Below, in pieces: positions 10,184-20,631 of a stretch of DNA of 64,000 nucleotides. Numbering within the stretch: the first letter of the stretch is position 1; the number at the start of each line of letters is the position of its first letter. The stretch covers positions 192,001-256,000 of the forward strand of contig CAVYSE010000011.1 in the NCBI GenBank assembly GCA_963771075.1, in the 5' to 3' direction. Origin of the DNA: a candidate division FCPU426 bacterium (GTDB lineage Bacteria; Oederibacteriota; Muellerivitia; Muellerivitales; Muellerivitaceae). The translations under genes were made by a program, and so were the position numbers. The notes beneath the pieces were generated by a model that worked only from the letters and a program-made list of their open reading frames with translations, had not been told where the DNA came from and made no database searches.

Positions 10184-11314
10184 ATGAAGAAAACGCGAAA
10201 ATTAATTGAAGTGACCATCCTGATTCTCGTTTCGGCGATGGTTTCGGGAGCCCGTGCGGGCCAACCCCAATCCGGCGAGGAGTTCAAGGGACTCCTGCCC
10301 GCCAAAGCCATCCTGCTTACCCAAGCTTCTTATGACCTTCGCCAAACCGGGTCGGCGGACCACCTGGTCTATTACTTGGCCGGGAAAACCTGGGGAATGG
10401 CGGTCATCAGCCGAGAGAATACACTCCTTTTTAAATATGAAAAAACCAATGTGGACCATTTGTATTTTCAGGGCAAACAGAATCCGGGAGTGGTTTTCCT
10501 GGACGAGGTCAGCAAGAAGCCATTTCTGGTCTATAACAATTACTCGGATGCCATCCACTCCGAATACCACATCTTTCGATGGGCGGGATCTTCCTTTGAG
10601 GAAGTGAACCATCCACGGTGGGGGGACAATCCCCAAATCCAGGAGTTGGATAATCAAGTCGTGGTCGTCACCGATAATTTTGGAAATGGCGTACCCTCGG
10701 TTTACCAATACCGGCAGGGAGGGGTCGTCGAGGCCAACCGGGATTTTCCGTTCTTTTTCGAAGCCGCAGTGAAAGAGGCTTGGAAGGCCCTGGAAGATCC
10801 GGTCCTGGGCATCTTGCCGGGAGCCATGGCGGCGAAAGCGGCCTATTTGCCCGCTTTCCTTTACTCGGGGAAAGAGTCGGACGGGCTCAGATACGCCGAC
10901 CGGCTCCTTCAATCGGGGCCTTCCGAGTTGACCGCGTCGGTATTGGCCGGAATCCACATGGGCAAAGGGAACCTATGGATGGCGATGGGGAAGGAAGAAG
11001 AGGGGATGAACGAATTCCAATTGGCGGACCGGTTGGAACATGGCGCTAAAAGCGCGGATGGCGCCGGAGCCTTTATCAAGATGGCCCTCTTTTTTGAATC
11101 CCAAGGCGATCTTCATCGCGAAGCGCTGGCCTATGAAAAGGCATTGAACCGTTTGGGCCAAAGGGATCGGGCGCAAGCGGAGCAATTAAGGGAAAAGGTG
11201 TCACGGTTGTTGGAAATAATGGACGCAAAAGGAGTGAAAGAAAGCCAAGGGACCCAGATTGATCTGGGCCACCCCTTGACGGTGACGACCTCCCGCAGGG
11301 GAGGAATCCAATAG
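10184..11314 (+). CDS. secreted hypothetical protein with C-terminal TPR-like helices
   Basis: Signal peptide ending ARA; helical repeats such as GIHMGKGNLWMAMGKEEEG and AYEKAL. Confidence 0.75.
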   Translation: MKKTRKLIEVTILILVSAMVSGARAGQPQSGEEFKGLLPAKAILLTQASYDLRQTGSADHLVYYLAGKTWGMAVISRENTLLFKYEKTNVDHLYFQGKQNPGVVFLDEVSKKPFLVYNNYSDAIHSEYHIFRWAGSSFEEVNHPRWGDNPQIQELDNQVVVVTDNFGNGVPSVYQYRQGGVVEANRDFPFFFEAAVKEAWKALEDPVLGILPGAMAAKAAYLPAFLYSGKESDGLRYADRLLQSGPSELTASVLAGIHMGKGNLWMAMGKEEEGMNEFQLADRLEHGAKSADGAGAFIKMALFFESQGDLHREALAYEKALNRLGQRDRAQAEQLREKVSRLLEIMDAKGVKESQGTQIDLGHPLTVTTSRRGGIQ

Positions 11315-11345
11315 ATCGATGGATTTAAAATTTCAGGAAGGGTAG

Positions 11346-11378
11346 AAGGAGGCGGGACGAAATCCCCCTCCTTTTTTA
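11346..11378 (+). terminator. rho-independent terminator
   Basis: AAGGAGG...CCTCCTT stem followed by a T run. Confidence 0.7.
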
Positions 11379-11427
11379 TGTGGGTAGAAACATGGCGCGG
11401 GGGGAAGTTCAACCCGGTTTATCCTCT

Positions 11428-11775
11428 TTAAAGGATTTCCCTCAAACGGTCCGCGGGGCGGGCCAGGATGGCCTTCGCTCCCTTTTCCACAATGGGTCGT
11501 TGGATCAATTCCGGATGTTTCTCCATGAGGTCCAGGTAATCCTCCTCGGAAAGTTCTTTTTTGGAAAGACCGAGGGTTTTGTAAATTTCCTCCTTCGTCC
11601 GAAGAAGCTCCCGGGCCGGTATTTCCATTTTTCTCAGAAGTTCCTTCAACTTGGTTTTGGGGATAGGCTCCAGGAAATAATTCACCGAATCGAAATCCAC
11701 GCCGCTTTCCTGAAGTGCGTTATAGACCTGGCGGCAGGTGGTGCAGGTGGGTTTTTGATAAATCGTGATTTTCAT
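11428..11775 (-). CDS. ArsC/Spx/YffB family protein
   Basis: IYQKPTCTTCR and HPELIQRPIV. Confidence 0.9.
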   Translation of the reverse strand: MKITIYQKPTCTTCRQVYNALQESGVDFDSVNYFLEPIPKTKLKELLRKMEIPARELLRTKEEIYKTLGLSKKELSEEDYLDLMEKHPELIQRPIVEKGAKAILARPADRLREIL

Positions 11776-11821
11776 GGTTCCTTCCGGGTTCGGTGGATGG
11801 GCAAGGCCCTACAACGGGAGT

Positions 11822-12676
11822 TTAACGGGCCCAGCAAAACCAAATCAAGGAGGCAAGGGCTAGGCAGTAGATGCCGAAATAACTCCACTTTCCCTTTTCC
11901 AGCCAGCTGGAAAGCCAGCGGAGGGCCAAAAGCCCGGCTCCGAAACTGAAGATCAATCCCAAAACGTCCTGGGCCAGCAGATGGGATAGGCTTTCCGTTC
12001 CCGGGCCGGAAAGGGCGTGCGATTTAATGAGGCGCCATAACTCTTTCCCCAAGGCGAAGGGCGTGATGGCTACCGCCAGGGCGAAGCTGTACTCCTCGGC
12101 CTTGCGCCGGTTCAAGCCCAGCATGAACCCGGTGGAAATGGTGGCGCCGGAACGGGACAGGCCCCGGAAGGGCAGGCAGAGCCCCTGCACCAGGCCGATC
12201 CAAATCGACTCCTTCGGACCCAGTTTTCCCCCTTCGCCCTCGGGCGGTACCCGCAGGGAAGCCGCGAGGATGAGAAGGCCCGCCGAGGCCAGCGCGGCGG
12301 AAACCAGCTTCAGGTTCCCGAAAAGCATTTCAATCTCGGCGCTTGGCGTGGACCGAAGCATCCACTTTTCAATGACCTTCATCAGGATAAAGCCCAGGAC
12401 CAGGGTGACACCCGTGGCGAGGAGAACCTGTTTGAAGAAGGCCGTTCTTTTTTCAGGGGAAAGGAAATAATGGATCCGCCAATCCTTCCAGAAATAAACC
12501 AGCACCGCGAACATGGTTCCCGTATGAAGCATGACCAGCAAAAGGGTCATGGCGGGACGGGCGGGGTCCAGGCCCAACAGCTTTTCCGCCAAAATGACAT
12601 GGGCGGAGGAGGAAACGGGTAAAAGCTCCGTCAGGCCCTGGACAATGGCCAAGACGATGATCGCCAAAAAACTCAC
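11822..12676 (-). CDS. uppP: undecaprenyl-diphosphate phosphatase
   Basis: QGLTELLPVSSSAH and GLSRSGATI motifs. Confidence 0.93.
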   Translation of the reverse strand: MSFLAIIVLAIVQGLTELLPVSSSAHVILAEKLLGLDPARPAMTLLLVMLHTGTMFAVLVYFWKDWRIHYFLSPEKRTAFFKQVLLATGVTLVLGFILMKVIEKWMLRSTPSAEIEMLFGNLKLVSAALASAGLLILAASLRVPPEGEGGKLGPKESIWIGLVQGLCLPFRGLSRSGATISTGFMLGLNRRKAEEYSFALAVAITPFALGKELWRLIKSHALSGPGTESLSHLLAQDVLGLIFSFGAGLLALRWLSSWLEKGKWSYFGIYCLALASLIWFCWAR

Positions 12677-12712
12677 GGAAAGACTCCTTTGTCCTGGAAA
12701 ATGGGGCGGCTT

Positions 12713-13201
12713 TTACCGGGTGGGGGTCAACAAGGCTTCCTGTCGCCGCTGGGCGGTGGTATGGGGGAAGAGGGTGCCGGGAACGTTGTAACGGTCCAGG
12801 ATCATGTAAGCGTCGTAAATTTTACCGGAACCATTTTGATTAAAGCATTGGATGGTGTATTGAATGCCGGGAATATAGTTGGGATCGTTCGGAGCCACCC
12901 CGCCTTGCGGGGGTTGGGTGCCCGTACTCTTGTTCGCCACCTTGGTGACTGAGAAATAACGGTAGGTGTGGCCATAACAAATTTCAGCGGCCCGGTAAAG
13001 CGCCGCGAATTTGACGAAATCCATCTGCCGCGATTGGGCCACAAAGACCACCTCGAAAACCCCGCCGCCCAAATCCTTATCCGAGTATCCGCCTCCGTAA
13101 ATATTGGCCTTTTCATAATTGGTCATGGGAGCGACGCAGCCTGAAACCATCAGGACACCCAACAGGATAGAGAAGGGGTGGCGGATAATTTTGAAATTCA
13201 T
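12713..13201 (-). CDS. lipoprotein, CC0125/CC1285-like
   Basis: Lipobox VSGC; GYSD....G.FEVVF and ALYRAAEI; RBS AGGAG before ATG 13201. Confidence 0.7.
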   Translation of the reverse strand: MNFKIIRHPFSILLGVLMVSGCVAPMTNYEKANIYGGGYSDKDLGGGVFEVVFVAQSRQMDFVKFAALYRAAEICYGHTYRYFSVTKVANKSTGTQPPQGGVAPNDPNYIPGIQYTIQCFNQNGSGKIYDAYMILDRYNVPGTLFPHTTAQRRQEALLTPTR

Positions 13202-13470
13202 GATTTTCTCCTTAAATAAAAGGGTAAGCATAAAGCCGAGTGTTGAAAAGGTTGGCCAAACGGGGCCTTTTCAAAAAAGGGGTTGGGACCCGCCAGGGAT
13301 TATAAGGGGTTTCGATCTTTTTGGAATCAGGGGAAAGGGCTCTCCGTTGTTTTTCCAACCCTATTCCTCCTTATATTTCCAAAGGCGCAGTGAAACAATA
13401 AGACTTACAATCCAATCCGTTTCTTGCGCTGGTTCGTCTAAACTCACATGCGGATGGTCAGGAGGGCGCT

Positions 13471-14355
13471 TTGAATCATGGGACTAAAATTTTCGCGCTT
13501 TTGTTTTGGGTTCCACTTCTATGCTGGGCGGTTCCCGGAACGTTGGAAAACCTAAACTATAAGGTAACCCTTTCCGAAACCACACCCGGCGTGGACGACA
13601 GCCTCGTTCCCGGAGTCGATCCCCTGATTAACGTCAATGTCCAGGACAAGGTGCACGGATCGGGAACCCAATTTCCCCTGAAGGTATACGCGATCCAGGA
13701 ATATTTCTTCAGCGACAATCTGCTCAACCTGATCACCCGAAACACGCCCAAGAGCTCAATGGCCAAGCCCCTCTATGGCTTTTTGCAGTTGAACCTGGAT
13801 GCCCCCAACGACTCCAGGCAGTACAACGCGATCCGTAAGTATTATTTTTCGACCGATAACCGGGCGCTGGTGGCTTCCTTCGCGGAGGGGACAGATAGCG
13901 GCCCTGGCAGCCAGGCGCTGGGCCTCATCCGCTGGGGGGACAAACCGGCTTCCTTGGGTTGGATCTATTCCAACACTTCCCAGGTTAACCTGCTCAAGTC
14001 CTATGGGGTTCAGGATGGGAGAATTCCCCAGCTGGAGGGAGAGGCGGGTTGGACCGCCGATTCCTTGACGGCCGCCTTCATGGTTTCCTTTTCCGGAGGC
14101 CAGGCTAGTCCGGATTCGGCCACGCCGGACCCGGCGAGCAAGACCTATTATCTGGTGAGGGCGGACTTGGGGGACAACGGGATCAAGGTCGCGGCGGCCC
14201 CGGTCGATGGGGCCGCCCTGCGTCTTCAAGACGGCGGGACGGTCGACAAGGTTTCCTGTATGGGGGACCAGGCCACGGTCACGGTCATTTCCGCCGATGG
14301 AACCGACACCCGCCAGGTTCAAATTCCGTTGCCGGTGATGCGCTCAAACGAATAA
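13471..14355 (+). CDS. secreted hypothetical protein
   Basis: Signal peptide ending CWA; beta-rich; RBS GGAGGG. Confidence 0.75.
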   Translation: MNHGTKIFALLFWVPLLCWAVPGTLENLNYKVTLSETTPGVDDSLVPGVDPLINVNVQDKVHGSGTQFPLKVYAIQEYFFSDNLLNLITRNTPKSSMAKPLYGFLQLNLDAPNDSRQYNAIRKYYFSTDNRALVASFAEGTDSGPGSQALGLIRWGDKPASLGWIYSNTSQVNLLKSYGVQDGRIPQLEGEAGWTADSLTAAFMVSFSGGQASPDSATPDPASKTYYLVRADLGDNGIKVAAAPVDGAALRLQDGGTVDKVSCMGDQATVTVISADGTDTRQVQIPLPVMRSNE

Positions 14356-14475
14356 CAACCAATCAGGTATTATTCGCCAAGACCGCCCCAGGTTGGATGG
14401 ATCCAGGAATGCCGAACCCCTTTGAACCTGTTTTCCTAGGTGAATTTCGCGCATTCGCGGTAATCAATCCCGAAA

Positions 14476-15969
14476 CTATTTCTTCGGCAGTTCGGAATAC
14501 CGAACCGCCAGGATCTGACTGGGCGGCCCCTCTTTTCCATCCTTCGACAAGGGGATCAAGATGAAATGGTAGGTCTGGTCGTGTCGGAGATTGGCCAGGC
14601 TGATCTGGTTATCGGCGATGGGTTCATCGGGCAGCTTTTTTTCCGGCGTCCCGTTTTCATCCACCAGGTAAAGGTTGAAGCCGGACACATAGGCCGGATC
14701 GATCGGGTCCCACGTCAGTTCGATTTCTTGGCCGTCCCTCACCGCTTTGAACCCGGTCGGGGCGGTGAGCTGGGGTTCCTCGGGAACCGCGGTGATATGA
14801 CGGAGGGGGCTTTCTTTGCCGGTGGCGCTGACGGTCGAAACCGCGAATTCGTAATCCTCCCCGACTTTCATGTGTTTTAGGTCCACCGAGGTTTCAGCCT
14901 GGGGGTGAGCCGTCAAAAGATCAAAGGTCTCCGAACCGGGGCGCTTGATGTAAACCCGATATCCCTGTATCTCCACGAAGGAAGGGGCGTCCCAACTGAG
15001 AAGCAGTCCGTCGTTCGAGGGGTTGACCTGCAGGTTGACGGGCCCGGGGGTCTCCGCGTCCCCTCCAGGACCAAACCAGGTCATTAGGGAGAGCCGCTGG
15101 GTGTCGCCCAAAACACTCAAAGGTTCATAAGCGTAGTCCAGCTGGAAGCCCCAGTATTTGACGCCCGCCCCGAAGGCCATGCCCTCCTCTTCGGAGTTAC
15201 CCACAAAACCCGCCCGGAGGGCGAAGAGGCTTTGGTACCAATATTCCGCGCCCCATCCCAATTGCAGGGCCTGGGTGTTCAGGCTGTAATCCCCGTCCAT
15301 GGCCAGGTCGATCGTGTGCAAGGGTGAGGAAAGGCATCTCCAGGCCACACCCAACCGGGCCAGGGTGGGAGTGGCGCTTTGCTCGTTGAGGATCTGGATC
15401 GCGCCGATGTTTTGCATCGAGGCGCCGAGAACAAGACCGGGCCAGACCTGGAAGCGCGTTCCCAGGTCCCCCAAAAACCCCGTGCCCTGCGCATCGCCGA
15501 TCTGCCGCAGGATGAGTTTGAGAGTTCCTCCCAGTTGGAAGGGGCCGACCGTCCTGGCGTAAGCCCCGAGAAAGGCCATGTCCGAGTAGGTTCCCAGGGG
15601 AGCGTTGGGATCGGGGGTGCTGTTGAAGGGCTGGGTTTGGGAGTCCAGGAAACCCAGGGCGACTGCTCCCGGCTGACCTAGGGGGTAGGCGGCGCCAATG
15701 AAGTCATAGGAAATATCCGAGACGTACTGGTAGCGGTCGTAGCCGATCTCGGGCGACTGGATCTGGGCCAGCCCCGCGGGGTTGAAATTAAGGGCGTTGA
15801 TATCGTCCGCGAGCGCGGTGAAGGCCTGGCCCACGCCAGCGGGCCGGGCGCCGGGCACGACTAATAGAAAATCGGCCCCGGACGTGAGTTGGGAAGCGGT
15901 TTGCCCCGGACAGGGGGCCGCGAGTAGGGCGATCAGGCCGAGCGGAGGTAGCAGGGATCTTAAGTTCAC
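14476..15969 (-). CDS. PorV/PorQ-like outer-membrane barrel fused to two FN3 domains
   Basis: FLLVVPGARPAGVGQAFTALADDINALNFNPAGLA, GAEYWY..LFALRAG, DYAY; then LSWDAP..GYRVY..YEFAVSTVS..GKES type repeat twice. Confidence 0.85.
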   Translation of the reverse strand: MNLRSLLPPLGLIALLAAPCPGQTASQLTSGADFLLVVPGARPAGVGQAFTALADDINALNFNPAGLAQIQSPEIGYDRYQYVSDISYDFIGAAYPLGQPGAVALGFLDSQTQPFNSTPDPNAPLGTYSDMAFLGAYARTVGPFQLGGTLKLILRQIGDAQGTGFLGDLGTRFQVWPGLVLGASMQNIGAIQILNEQSATPTLARLGVAWRCLSSPLHTIDLAMDGDYSLNTQALQLGWGAEYWYQSLFALRAGFVGNSEEEGMAFGAGVKYWGFQLDYAYEPLSVLGDTQRLSLMTWFGPGGDAETPGPVNLQVNPSNDGLLLSWDAPSFVEIQGYRVYIKRPGSETFDLLTAHPQAETSVDLKHMKVGEDYEFAVSTVSATGKESPLRHITAVPEEPQLTAPTGFKAVRDGQEIELTWDPIDPAYVSGFNLYLVDENGTPEKKLPDEPIADNQISLANLRHDQTYHFILIPLSKDGKEGPPSQILAVRYSELPKK

Positions 15970-18248
15970 CGACGGTAAGCCAGCACTTTCCTGGTTTGGG
16001 TGGAGAAGGGGGTCTTGAGGGTGATGAGGTAGAGTCCGGTTTCCACGGGTTGGCCATTGTCATCCCGACCGTCCCACTTCAAATAGCCCGAACCGTTCAG
16101 GTTTCCATTGTAAAGGGTTCGAACCAGGTTTCCCGAGATGGTATAAACCTTCACCTCCGCTTGGCTTTCACCGTTGAGGACGTAGGAAATTTCGAGTGGG
16201 GAAGCGGTCAAAATATTGAAGTTATTGGTCGTCAGAAAAAAACCGGCCGGGGTGGTGGTGGCCGTCGGGGTAAAGCTGGGAGTGGGGGTGTAGGTGATCG
16301 TGGGGGAATTGGTGATGGTGGGAGTCAGGGTGACCGTGGGCGTAATCGTGATGGTGGGAGTCAGTGTGATCGTCGGGGTGAGGGTGATGGTAAGGGTAGG
16401 CGTGTAGGTGGGAGCCAAGCCAGCCAAGTCGTTGACCAGGTTCGTCCCGGTGGGACTGCCCCAACCGGTCGCCAGGTCGAATCCGCTCACGGCGGTATAG
16501 GGACCCGATTTGGAAGGCCAAAAGTAAAAATTGTTGCTTCCATCCTTAATGTCGTGGAAATCATTGGCGTAGGACACCGGGCTTTGGCCGATGGCGTAAA
16601 CGGCTGGATTGATATAACCGATGTTTTTTCCAGCGGCCGCGGCCTGCTGGTTCGCGACAGCCAGGAAGGCCGCCCAAAGGGGCGAGGCGCAGCTGGTTCC
16701 CACGAAGGGTCCGGTAGCGCCGTTTTCCGAATAGACCATGACGTTGTAAGCCACCATGGAAATGTCGGGAAAGTTCCGTGCCGTGGTGGATCCGCCATTG
16801 GTGGTCATGGAAACGTGGGATTGATAAGAGGGAATGGATAAATAAAGGGTTCCGGAGGAAAAGCAAATCCCCCCACCGCCCGCCAAATTGCCGGTTGAAC
16901 CGGACGTACATTTGATGCTGGAGTCATAGCCGTCATTCCAAGTCGTTTCAGAGGCCCAGGTAGGAGTGGAACCGGTGGTGGTGACCATGGTGCCGCCCAC
17001 CAAGGCCTCATATTGGCTTTGATAAAGGCTTGGGTCATCCGCCACGGTGTTGTTGGCCGAATCTCCGCAGGAGTCACCGGGAAAGCCGGTGGAGACATAG
17101 GAGCCATAATCTCCCGCGGCCTCGAAATAAGCCTGGCCCTTGGCGGCCAGCTCGTTGAACAGGGTGGCGATGTTGGAATCCCCATAGCCGCCCCAGGAAC
17201 TGCTGATTTGTTTGCAAGTGCCGTCGCTCAGGATCTTGGCGAGATTATCAGTGGCTCCCGTCGTGGTATTGTCATCCGGGGAGGCCTCATAAACCACCAC
17301 CTGCGCCCCCGGCGCCATGGAGATGACCATCTCGATATCCAGCGAGACTTCATCCGTGTCCGAGGCGTAGACCGGGGTTCCGTGAAAGCTGTTGAAAGGG
17401 TCCGTCACGACCACTTTCGGGGTGGGTGCGGTAAAGGAAGGAGCGGAGTTATTCTCGTAGCTGGTGATATCCGACTGATAAAAACCGTCATACTCAAACA
17501 GAGCCACCGATTGTCCCGCGCCATATGTCGTCGAGCCTGGAAGATAAATATCCCGAAAGTCCCGGCCTTGATAAGCCCCCCCGGCGCCCGTGCCCGACTT
17601 GAACCCGCCCCAGGTTCCCGTCTTTCCCGGTTTGGACATTCTTTTCAGTTTGGGGAATAACTTGTGATAGTTATTCAAGCCTGTGATGTGTTGGATGGGA
17701 ATCGCCAGGTCGGGGGTGGGATCGGTGTCGTTGGCGTAAAAGCGGCTCCCGTCCGGCCTTTGGTAATAATTCAGGTTTACATGGAGGGCTTTTCGGATAT
17801 CCGCCGCCCTTCCCGTGACGTCCAGAATTTGCCGATGGGAATAGGTTCCTGTCACGGTCAAGCCTTGGGATTGGAAAAAACCGATTACCGCCTGGTAGTC
17901 GGATTCGGAGGGCCCAAATCGCGCTGTCAGTTCATCGTTGGTCAGAAAATGTCGGTAAAGCGGATCGGATGGGTCATAAAGCCGGGTTAGGAGAGTGTCC
18001 AGGTCCTGGGGATTCCTGAGGGGAAAACCGATGGCCAGATGGAGGACCGCTCCATCCTCCACCGCGCTCAGCTTGGGCAGGCTGGAAATCTCCTCCAGTA
18101 CGTGGCCCGACAAGGCGGGTCCCCCCCACAGTTGAAACGGCATGGCGAGAAGAAGCGCTCCCCAGAGGATGTGGACGAAGGGGGGGGGAAAGGAGGAGGG
18201 GCCGGACAAATTGCTTTTAGGTTTTAAGGTTACGAACATTCTCCCCAT
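15966..18248 (-). CDS. S53 (sedolisin/kumamolisin) peptidase with pro-domain, T/P linker and C-terminal sorting domain
   Basis: Pro-kumamolisin N-terminus, EVSLD, AAGD, GTSCASP, FDLATGWGSP, WDGRDDNG..V..GLY. Confidence 0.9.
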   Translation of the reverse strand: MGRMFVTLKPKSNLSGPSSFPPPFVHILWGALLLAMPFQLWGGPALSGHVLEEISSLPKLSAVEDGAVLHLAIGFPLRNPQDLDTLLTRLYDPSDPLYRHFLTNDELTARFGPSESDYQAVIGFFQSQGLTVTGTYSHRQILDVTGRAADIRKALHVNLNYYQRPDGSRFYANDTDPTPDLAIPIQHITGLNNYHKLFPKLKRMSKPGKTGTWGGFKSGTGAGGAYQGRDFRDIYLPGSTTYGAGQSVALFEYDGFYQSDITSYENNSAPSFTAPTPKVVVTDPFNSFHGTPVYASDTDEVSLDIEMVISMAPGAQVVVYEASPDDNTTTGATDNLAKILSDGTCKQISSSWGGYGDSNIATLFNELAAKGQAYFEAAGDYGSYVSTGFPGDSCGDSANNTVADDPSLYQSQYEALVGGTMVTTTGSTPTWASETTWNDGYDSSIKCTSGSTGNLAGGGGICFSSGTLYLSIPSYQSHVSMTTNGGSTTARNFPDISMVAYNVMVYSENGATGPFVGTSCASPLWAAFLAVANQQAAAAGKNIGYINPAVYAIGQSPVSYANDFHDIKDGSNNFYFWPSKSGPYTAVSGFDLATGWGSPTGTNLVNDLAGLAPTYTPTLTITLTPTITLTPTITITPTVTLTPTITNSPTITYTPTPSFTPTATTTPAGFFLTTNNFNILTASPLEISYVLNGESQAEVKVYTISGNLVRTLYNGNLNGSGYLKWDGRDDNGQPVETGLYLITLKTPFSTQTRKVLAYRR

Positions 18249-18427
18249 CCTCCCCCAAAAAGTAGTCTTTTAGCCGATAGCCCGCTTGCTTGATTTAAAG
18301 AATACCTTAAAGAAGGGGCGGTTGTTCTTTTTGAATAGTTAAATAACAAATATTTTCAGGTTTTTTACACTTTAAGGGACGGTTTTTTCAAGGGATTTCG
18401 GTAAGGGGAAATCAATGGGAACGAGGC

Positions 18428-20574
18428 CTATATCTTCCATTTGAGGCTGGCCCGCAGGGCCAGGGGCTCCACCGGGTGGAACATGTTGTCATACACTCCT
18501 TGCGATGGTTCCCCCGGCAACCGGCTTATGTCCCAATAGGTGATGTCGTCGGATTGGGCATTGAAGAGGTTGAAAATCGCGATCGCCAGGGTAGCGTCGC
18601 CATGGGTGTATTCGGCCCCAGCGTTGACCAGCGACGTGTCATGGGAATAATGGTCGCCTGTCTCGTCCGATCCCAGGAACCGGGGCCCAAAATAGCGCAG
18701 GCGTATCTCGAATTTGAAGTCTCGGGGAGCCTTCACGCAAAGCCCGGCGCTGGCCACATCGGCCACCGCCTCAGGGACGTTGGTGCCGTAGGTGGCGGTA
18801 TCGAAGTAATGGGCCTGGCTGGTGGAAAGGTCCGCGTCCAGGATCAGCCAATCGAGAGGCCGCCAGTCGTTGGCCCATTCGATCCCGATGCGGCGGGTTG
18901 CTCCGGAGGCGTCTGTGGTGCCGTCATCCCCGTTAAAAACCAGTTCCGAATCCAGGTCCAGCATCCAGAGGGAAACGGTGCTCCTCAAGTTGGGGATGGA
19001 CTCGCACCTTATGCCGAACTCGGCGCCCCGGGACTGCACCAAGGGCGGGTAGAGGGCCGCGTCGTTTGCCTGTGTCACGGGCCCTCCGTTTTGTGTGGTC
19101 ACGTCCCAGTTCTTAACCGTGCCCCGCGCGTCGTTGGAATGGTAGTCGAAGCCGCCGCTTAAGTAGAACTCGGTCTCGCCCCAGGGGCCGAAAACCAGGC
19201 TTCCCTTGGGGCTCAAGAGCGCCCCCGTGGCCAGGCCTGAGTTGCCCGGCACGTTGGCATTGATGTTGTACCGTACCGCGTCGCCCCGCAGCCCTAAGGT
19301 GGACCGGAACCAATCGCTCCAATGGGTGAGGTTGGAAACGTAAAGGCCGCCACTGAGCAAATTCACCTGGTCGTCCGAATCCGTGGAGAACCGGACCCGG
19401 TTCTCGGTGTTGTAAAGCCCGATATGGAGGAAGTCATTGCGGATTTGGAACCCGGCGGTCGTGCGGGAATCGGCGCCAAATAGTTCGTGGCTCCAAGCCT
19501 GAACCACTTGTCCGCCCAGGATGTTGCGATCATCATATTGCTCGAACTGGTCGCCCTGTACCGGGTTGTTGTAGTAGAGGGAAAAGTTGCTGAAAAGGTC
19601 GAGATAGCTCCTGACGTAATAGGCCTGCACGGTGGTGCCCGCCGAGGGGCTGTTGTCCCGCCATTCACCCGAGAGGCTCAGACGGTAGCTTTTCCCTCCA
19701 TCAGTGGGGCTGAAGCTCCCAAACCGGTCGATCTTCCCTTCCTCGACGGCCCTTGCCGGGATCTGGTTGGTAGCATTCCAATCACCCTCGTAACCCAGGG
19801 CGGTCAAATCCCATCCCTTTTGGGCGTCCCCCGAACCGTAACGAAGAAGGCCGTTGTATTTACGGTAGTTTTCCGGAACATCCCAGGGCCCGTCCATATG
19901 CTCGGTTTCCATGGCGTAAACTAGGTTGTCAGACCCGAAGCTGGAGCTGTCCGCCGCCACGGCGCGCTGGTATCCGAAATATCCCGAGGTGACGTCGGCC
20001 AAGCCGTGGGGGAGACTGCGGAAGGTTCGAATCTGCGCAGCGCCCGCCGAGGAAAAATCCCCATCCTCAGCGTAATAGGGGCCCTTCTGGTAATTTACAC
20101 TCTCGACCAGTTCAGGGATCATGAAATTAAGGTCCATGTAACCCTGCCCATGGGCCTGGGTGGGTAGGTTGGCTGGCATCCCGTCGATCCAGGTGGCGAA
20201 GTCGGTGCCGTGGTCCAGGTTGAAACCGCGCAGGAAGTACTGGTTGGCCTTGCCGTCGCCCGAGTGCTGGGTGACGATCATGCCCGGCACGTTTTCCATC
20301 ATCTCGCCGGGCCGAAGGAGCGGGCGATTGGCCAGGTCGTCCTGCCCCACGAAGCCCTCGCTGGCGGTGTCGGCCGTGCCGACGAGGTTCAAGGATTTGC
20401 CGATCACCAAAACCTCGGGCAATTGCACGACAGGTTGGGTCGAAACCGGAGTGGCATCAGGGCTGGGGGTGGGAGTAAGGGTTTGGGAGCATGCCGGCCA
20501 ACCTAGGCCTAAAAAAAGAGAATCAACGATCCTTTCGCAAATAAAGTGAAATCACGCGTCGCTTGAAAACCCAT
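18428..20574 (-). CDS. TonB-dependent receptor, likely nickel uptake; signal peptide out of frame at a T7 run (20511-20517)
   Basis: TQHSGDGKANQYFLRGFNLDHGTDF plug; C-terminal HPVEP; upstream ATG 20574 gives a signal peptide joined by +1 T. Confidence 0.88.
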
Positions 20575-20588
20575 CGCGCTTCTCTTTG

Positions 20589-20615
20589 GTATTAAAATTA
20601 TTAAAAACGTAATAC
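20589..20615. promoter_or_regulatory. candidate NikR operator GTATTA-N15-TAATAC
   Basis: Perfect hexamer inverted repeat with AT-rich spacer just upstream of the receptor. Confidence 0.75.
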
Positions 20616-20631
20616 TACTTAAGCAAAAAAA

